DNA of 62,014 nucleotides from Stylophora pistillata (taxonomy: Eukaryota). Position numbers and translations under genes: made by a program. A model generated the notes under the pieces. The model had not been told where the DNA came from, did no database searches, and saw only the letters and a list, made by a program, of their open reading frames with translations. Positions 46,509 through 62,014 of the stretch are shown one piece after another (position 1 is the stretch's first letter; each line of letters opens with the position of its first letter). The DNA lies in NCBI RefSeq assembly GCF_002571385.2, contig NW_019217855.1:262926-324939 (forward strand), written 5' to 3'.

Positions 46509-49453
46509 GTCAGTTATGAAGATACTTTATTCTTTCAGGTTACTACCTTGGTTTTGGAACGTTCTCCTACTGTAAAAAAAAAAAAACCTCTGCATTCAAA
46601 TCATGGATGTCTGTTTTGTGACAAGAGTTTTAGTTGTTGACATTTTTGTAATTGATTTACTGTAATGGTACGCAACGTTTCATTTAATGAAAGATTGCGT
46701 TAAAACACTACAAAGGACTGCGAAATACGACTTAAAAGAAACATGGTCGAAATGAAATGGACGTCAGTGGGAAGCATGCAGAATGAAGGACACGGGAAGT
46801 AAGATTATAAATTTGGCGAATCCGATAGATTAAAGTTCACACGGCAACCAGGTGGACAATCAGACATGGGTTGATGCTAATCTCTAAGCAAGATTTAATG
46901 AATGTAACCAGGTCTATGAATTATAATTTCCCTGGCTACGTTCATTAAATATTTAAACCAAAGTAGCATCAAACCGAGTCTGGTGAATACGACTTGGGAT
47001 GTCTTCCAGTTTCAGGTGGACAGATTTGGCCACGTGACCCATTTAGACCAATCACGCGTCAGCAAAAATATTTTTGATGGTTTTTTTTTAAGTATAATGA
47101 TACTGTAACAAGAAGGGAGGTGAAAACCAGTTTTGGGAATACAAGAGATGATACGAGCACCGGGAGGCCAAAACTGCACTAATCGTCAAGTTCATTAAAT
47201 ATCAGATCAAAAGTGAAAACATGGCCTTAATTAGAATAGTTTTCAAGTTATATTCATTGCAGCCTATTTAAAGAAAGTAGAGATCGTGAGGTATGATTCT
47301 TTTCTTTCACAATTTTTGTTTGGTTTCGTCTCGTCTCGCGATAGCGTTGCCTTACGCGTCACGCGACTCGCGAGGAGGGGACGCGTTATATTTCGTGACT
47401 AAACAACGCTTGTGAAAGAAAATTCAGAGATCGTCGGTCACATTGTAGTAATGATCGTTCAGTGTTCAGTTTCAGTCCCTTTAAGAATTGTGAGTACTGT
47501 ACGATAAGATTATAGACACAAACACTAAGATTCTAACTGATAGAACTTTTATTTTAGAACGTGTTATCAAATCAGAAAGAATTGGACTATATTAGAGTAA
47601 TATTTAGGGCGTGAAGCGCATGATAAATTGTAATGAAAATGTGCACGAGACAGCTTGTATGAGAATACGAAAGTAAAAAAACATGTCCTTCTTGAGACGC
47701 AGTTCATCGCTGGAAAGCCCATGATAGGACATGCACTGCACACTGGTACACAAGCTTCGGAACTAGATAAGCTTGCAGAGGAATAGTTGTGGCTTTTTTC
47801 TTTATTTCTCCCTCTCTCGTTTTCTTTTCTTTCTTTCCTTTTTGCGCTTTTGAGGCGAGTAGAGTAAAGCACGAGGCGCACGCAAGGCAAGCGTTAGAGG
47901 TGATTCACGCACGGAAGGAGGAGCACAACCATAAAAAAAAAAAAAAAACTGTGTAGATGCAAATTTTCGCCTGTCGTGTAGCTAAAGGCCAGAAATGTCA
48001 AATTACGTAGAAAAATGTATTTTATGATCTTCATTTAGTAGATCCCTATAATTACAACTCCTCTGTGAATAGCTACCAGCGCCATGAAGGTCTTTCTGAC
48101 AGGAAAGCGAGTGCCCGGAAGCTAGAAAGGAAGGAACCATTTTACAATACTTCGAGTCTTTTTAGTTTCATAACAGTTCAGTCCCAGGTCTCCACCGTCT
48201 ATGCCAAATAGAGGAGTTCCAGACAGGTGTCGCGAGGTTGTTTACTCCCTGACAATTTTCCTCAAAGAGGCTGTCTTTTTTTTCTTTTCTTTTTTTTTTT
48301 GTTTAAACCTATCGAAAAAAACCAGTTTGAATAAAATTATATTCAGGTCAATTTCTTTTTTGATCACAATTTTTTTTCTTTTATGTCATACGTGATAATT
48401 ACACATAGAGAATATTTCCCTGTCAAGGAAAACATTTTCGTATTAATGATCTGACCATCATAATTTTATTTAGGGGACTCCTGTTCCCAGTTACTTCGCG
48501 GGCACAGCTGTTTCTTGAGAAATTTCTTTTTAAAAGAATTCAAAACAACAAGGCTTTAAAAGAGTTTTGTTTCATTTTTGTTTTACTTCATTTTGTCTGT
48601 TTTTTCTTTAGTAAACTGAAAATAATTTTTTCCTTCAACTGAGTTGTCTTTTTGTAAAGGGGCGAGAGATAACAGGCGAGGTGCAAAGTACAAGTCTTGA
48701 GGTTTATAGTCACTAGCTGTCGAAGACGATGCGTCATTGGTCATGACTTGCCATCGCGCCTCACAGTTGACCAATGATATTCTGCTAGAAGAACTTTCGA
48801 TTTTGCTACGTCATGTTCAATACTATCATAAAGTCCTAAAGTTTTAGGTTAAGAAGGAGACACAAAATAGGCTCCTTGGGTCTATAAAACACTAAAGAGA
48901 TAAGTTAGATGATGATTTTGTCTGCAAGTCATTGCGCCCATTAGTGTCGACTAACTGCCATGTATCATAAATTTCTTGTGGAGTTCAAATTTTGTGCGCT
49001 TTGACTATAGGATCTTCTATCAGTAAATGTGTAGAAAAAAGAAAATCGGCAAATGAGAGGAAGCGAAAAAAAGCGATATGTTAAAAATGATGTTTCGACA
49101 GCAGACACCGTAAACGTATGGTAAACCCGTCTAGAATTGCGGAAAAATTGCACCTAAAAAAATTGCGCGGAAAGAAACTGGAAAGGATGAACCATTTTCA
49201 AAACACAAGTTCCCGCCTGTCATTTCAAAATTCGCGGTCAATATATCATCCAAATATGGTGATCTATTGTGCTCTTTGTCCAATCAGATTTTCTGATTGC
49301 CCTTTAAGACTCTTACCTCTGCGCCACTGGTTTGTTTTCTGCGCACATCGCACATGTTCCTTTCTTTGAGGGGAATGTTTTTAAGTTTAGATCTAGCATA
49401 TCTTCCTAGTGTCTATGATTGATTTCCGGATTCGCTCCACTCAGAAACGCAGG

Positions 49454-59039
<9,586 letters not shown>

Positions 59040-59930
59040 CTACATAGACGTCTGTTAGATAAAAAAGGAGACATCTAATAAATGATTGTGTTCCAGGAAA
59101 ATATACAATTTGGTCATTAGTGTTGCCATGGCAATGCTTCAAAGCGATACAGGTCTCCCTGCCAGTTTCGGTTGAGGAACCCAGAAAGGCTTTTGACAAA
59201 TTACTTTCTTAGCGAAAGTTGGTGTGTAAATCTACTTTTTTTTTTCGCTCATCTGCCAAAGGTCTCTTACAAAGTTTGTTCCGTGATCTTCAAGGGGCAG
59301 CGAAACTTAGAACTTGTTACGAAAAGGTAATTTAAAATTTGACTAATAAAAAAGATCTTGTGGAAAATTTTTTTTATATTTTGAACACACTTACTATGCA
59401 AGCTTCACAGCATATCAAATGATAATATAATAGAAAAATAAAACAGTTTTTGTTAAGAAATTATCACCCTTTTTGAAAGTGGAAATATGATTTTACACAA
59501 TGACTAGTGAAACTAAGTGTCATTTTCTGTTTGTTACATAATATATTTTCATTTGTGAGAGAAAAAGCAAACCTTTTTTTTCCCACCAAATTGCTTTCGA
59601 GCCTCTAACTTTATAATTGTCTTGTTTTCTCAAGTTAGTTTTATAACTTAATTTCGTACATAATACAAAGCTGTTAATGAATAATAGATTTATAAAAACT
59701 ATTTGCTATAAATATGTGGGAATGTATTTATTTGAGAGGCTTTCGCTGTAAAACAGTGTTTTTTTTTTCGGTACTCTCCGATTATCGAATAAAATAACAA
59801 CTTTGAAAACTCGTGTTGTTTGATGATCCTGATCCAAAAAGGCGGGTACGTATTTGCGTTTCTCCATACATATATCTTATTAACCAAGTCCGAGGGCCGT
59901 ACTGGGAGTNNNNNNNNNNNNNNNNNNNNN

Positions 59931-60698
59931 TTAATGCCAAAGTTAGTGCTCTTAGGAGAGTTCGTAAATTCATACCTTCAGAGGTGATGGTCAATATGCA
60001 TTTATTTTGCCACGCTTAGAGTACTGTGCTCCAGTCTTAGTTGGGTTATCATCTGGCCTATCTAACAAACTAGAGCTCACTAATCAGTATGCCATTAGAA
60101 CTCTTTTAAACATGGCTAAGTCAAACTCATATAGTACCTTACTTGACCATGTGGGACTGAAGACCCTAGAGCATCGCAGATATTCTCCTGCTCTCTTCCT
60201 TTTTTATAAATGCTCATATAACATGGGGCCGAATAATATTAGGGAGATGTTTTTATTTCGTAATAATAAATATGACCTCAGAGGCTTCTGCAAGCTTGAT
60301 CAGCCTACTTATTCTAGCAGATTCATGCATAGGTCATATCAATACGTCACTACAAGATTATGGAATAATCTACCTGACTATGCAAGAAGAGCTCCTTCTC
60401 TTAATATTTTTAAATCAATGCTGGACGAGGTCAACTTGACTACCAGTGTGGAGTGTGAATGCAACTTTTGTACATAGCTTATTTTATCCCTAGTTTGTTC
60501 CCTCTTAGTTTTGTTGATTCCTATTTATTTCCTATATATGCATGATTCCCATATGATTTTATAGTTTCCTTTTTATTACTATTATTATCATCATTGTCTA
60601 GCCTGTTATATATATTATTTTAACCTGGCACGTTCACGTTAAAACGAGTTATACTCAATTGTGAAATGTGGATAAATAAATTACTATTACCACTACTA
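59931..60698 (+). mobile_element. LINE 3' fragment (RT C-terminal region and 3' UTR)
   Basis: NAKVSALRRVRKFIP, PRLEYCAPVL, GLKTLEHRR, YDLRG, RLWNNLPD..RRAPSLNIFKS; ends in AATAAA plus a (TAC/TAT)-like tail. Confidence 0.85.
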
Positions 60699-60870
60699 TG
60701 GAGCTCAGAAACAAGTCCAACTAAACCACTGTACAAACTCTTTAATTATTCACTGTGAAAGAGGCTGTGACAGCTTGGGCTACCTGTGCTTGCAGAAAGC
60801 TTAGCTGTGTTTCCGGTTAGCTAATTGAAATCTGAACAAAAACTGATTATCGAGAACATCGTGGGAAGGA

Positions 60871-61494
60871 CACAGGTGGCCCAAGCTCTGTCACAGGCTC
60901 TTTCACAGTGAATAATTAAAGAGTTTGTACAGTGGTTTAGTTGGACTTGCTTTTGAGCTCCGTAAATGTAAAGTCGTGTGAAATAATCAAAGAAATAAAG
61001 ACTTACCTTCATAGAGAGGTCTTTGTTGTTCTCCTCGCGATTTGAGGCCGTTTTGATGTGTTTTAGCTTGACGCCCTAAATTACCGTGCATAAAATACGG
61101 GAAGGTCGGAAACTTCTTTTGACACATGCTCGCCAAAATCGCTCGAAAACAGCACTTAAATACTTTCCCTCGAATTAAAACTCGGCAGCACGAAAGCCAA
61201 ATAGTTGCCCTTTAAGTTCACCAAAGAAAATCCCACAAAAGATGGTTTGTCGAGCAACCAATCCAGCGAGAATTTCAAATGAGCGGCCGTTCTGAATTCT
61301 GCAAATGCGTGGAAGGAACCTTTTGTGCAGCTGAGAGACCGTTAATGCGCGGTCGACCTGGACCCTAGTCAAATCTCTCTCAACCGCGCACAACTTTGCA
61401 TTTACGGAGCTCAGAAGCAAGTCCAACTAAACCACTTTACAAACTCTTTAATTATTTACTGTGAAAGAGCCTGTGACAGCTTGGGCCACCTGTG
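60871..61494. mobile_element. Non-autonomous DNA transposon with about 110-bp TIRs and 7-bp TSD
   Basis: Ends CACAGGTGGCCCAAGCT ... AGCTTGGGCCACCTGTG; GGAAGGA at 60864-60870 and 61495-61501; solo right end at 60700-60788. Confidence 0.8.
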
Positions 61495-61529
61495 GGAAGG
61501 AGAGATGTTTTCAAACAGTTACCGAAGGG

Positions 61530-61958
61530 GTAAATTGGCCACCGTAACGATTATAAAAGCTAACATTTCGAGCGTTAGCCCTTCGTTGCAGCAAATAGAG
61601 GAATTGTGGGTTGTGTGTGCTTTTAAAGTCGTTAAAATCTTGAGCAAAAGCTCATCTTTCAATCCGGCAGTCTAAATCCCACAGGGATCAACGAACGCTT
61701 TTCATTCCACTAATTTATTCTTGTTTTTCTCGTTGCCATGTTCCCACCAATAACGTAGCTCCATTTTCTGCCTTTAAAAGCACACACAACCCACAATTCC
61801 TCTATTCGCTCCGACGAAGGGCTAACGCTCGAAACGTCAGCTTTTGTAATCGTTACGGTGGCCAATTTACCATTTCAACTTTGTTGATATATCCAAATTA
61901 TTTCGTTACTCCCACCGACGCAGCCCCAAACAGTTTCTTTCGAAACTATCAGCCTTTA
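61530..61958 (+). mobile_element. Penelope-like retroelement 3' end: inverted partial repeat, ORF C-terminus and terminal repeat with hammerhead motif
   Basis: 61636-61713 encodes NLEQKLIFQSGSLNPTGINERFSFH*, resembling the end of a PLE GIY-YIG domain; hammerhead-like motif 61808-61841; inverted copy 61530-61628. Confidence 0.78.
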
Positions 61959-62014
61959 TTCAAATTTTACAGTACGTTCAACATTTGCCGAATTCATTTT
62001 ACAACAAATTATTT

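Noticed and set aside
61190-61320. THAP-domain remnant inside the TIR element
   Set aside because: Resemblance is weak and needs frameshifts; not supportable by eye.

Overview
Eukaryotic, intron-rich, AT-rich animal DNA with four N-gaps; the gene content and repeat families point to a cnidarian, probably a stony coral (inference). Manual splice reconstruction gives eight protein-coding genes: a 5'-truncated intronless TPR-CHAT (TTC28-like) gene (+), a DOMON-domain protein (+), UBE2I/Ubc9 (-), PDPK1 (+), a FAM234-like type II membrane beta-propeller protein (+) with one in-frame TAG, TMEM11 (-), TOM1/TOM1L2 (+) and USP22 (+). Most short ORFs in the track are noise. Introns and intergenic DNA hold many MITEs, tRNA-derived SINEs, LINE 3' fragments and Penelope-like fragments carrying minimal hammerhead-ribozyme motifs. 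Main points of interest: a U12-type intron in PDPK1; a candidate poison exon in PDPK1 built from a duplicated acceptor plus a transposon-supplied donor; two hammerhead-bearing repeat families; the lone stop in the FAM234-like gene; an apparently intact His/Cys dyad in the TPR-CHAT protein; two compact head-to-head gene pairs; and apparent ancient linkage (human 16p13.3 and 17p11.2 orthologs). Two assembly problems are visible: a duplicated TOM1 exon across a gap and a USP22 His-box exon probably lost in a gap. Coordinates were counted by hand and may be off by a few bases. I did not find firm evidence of a wholly new system.
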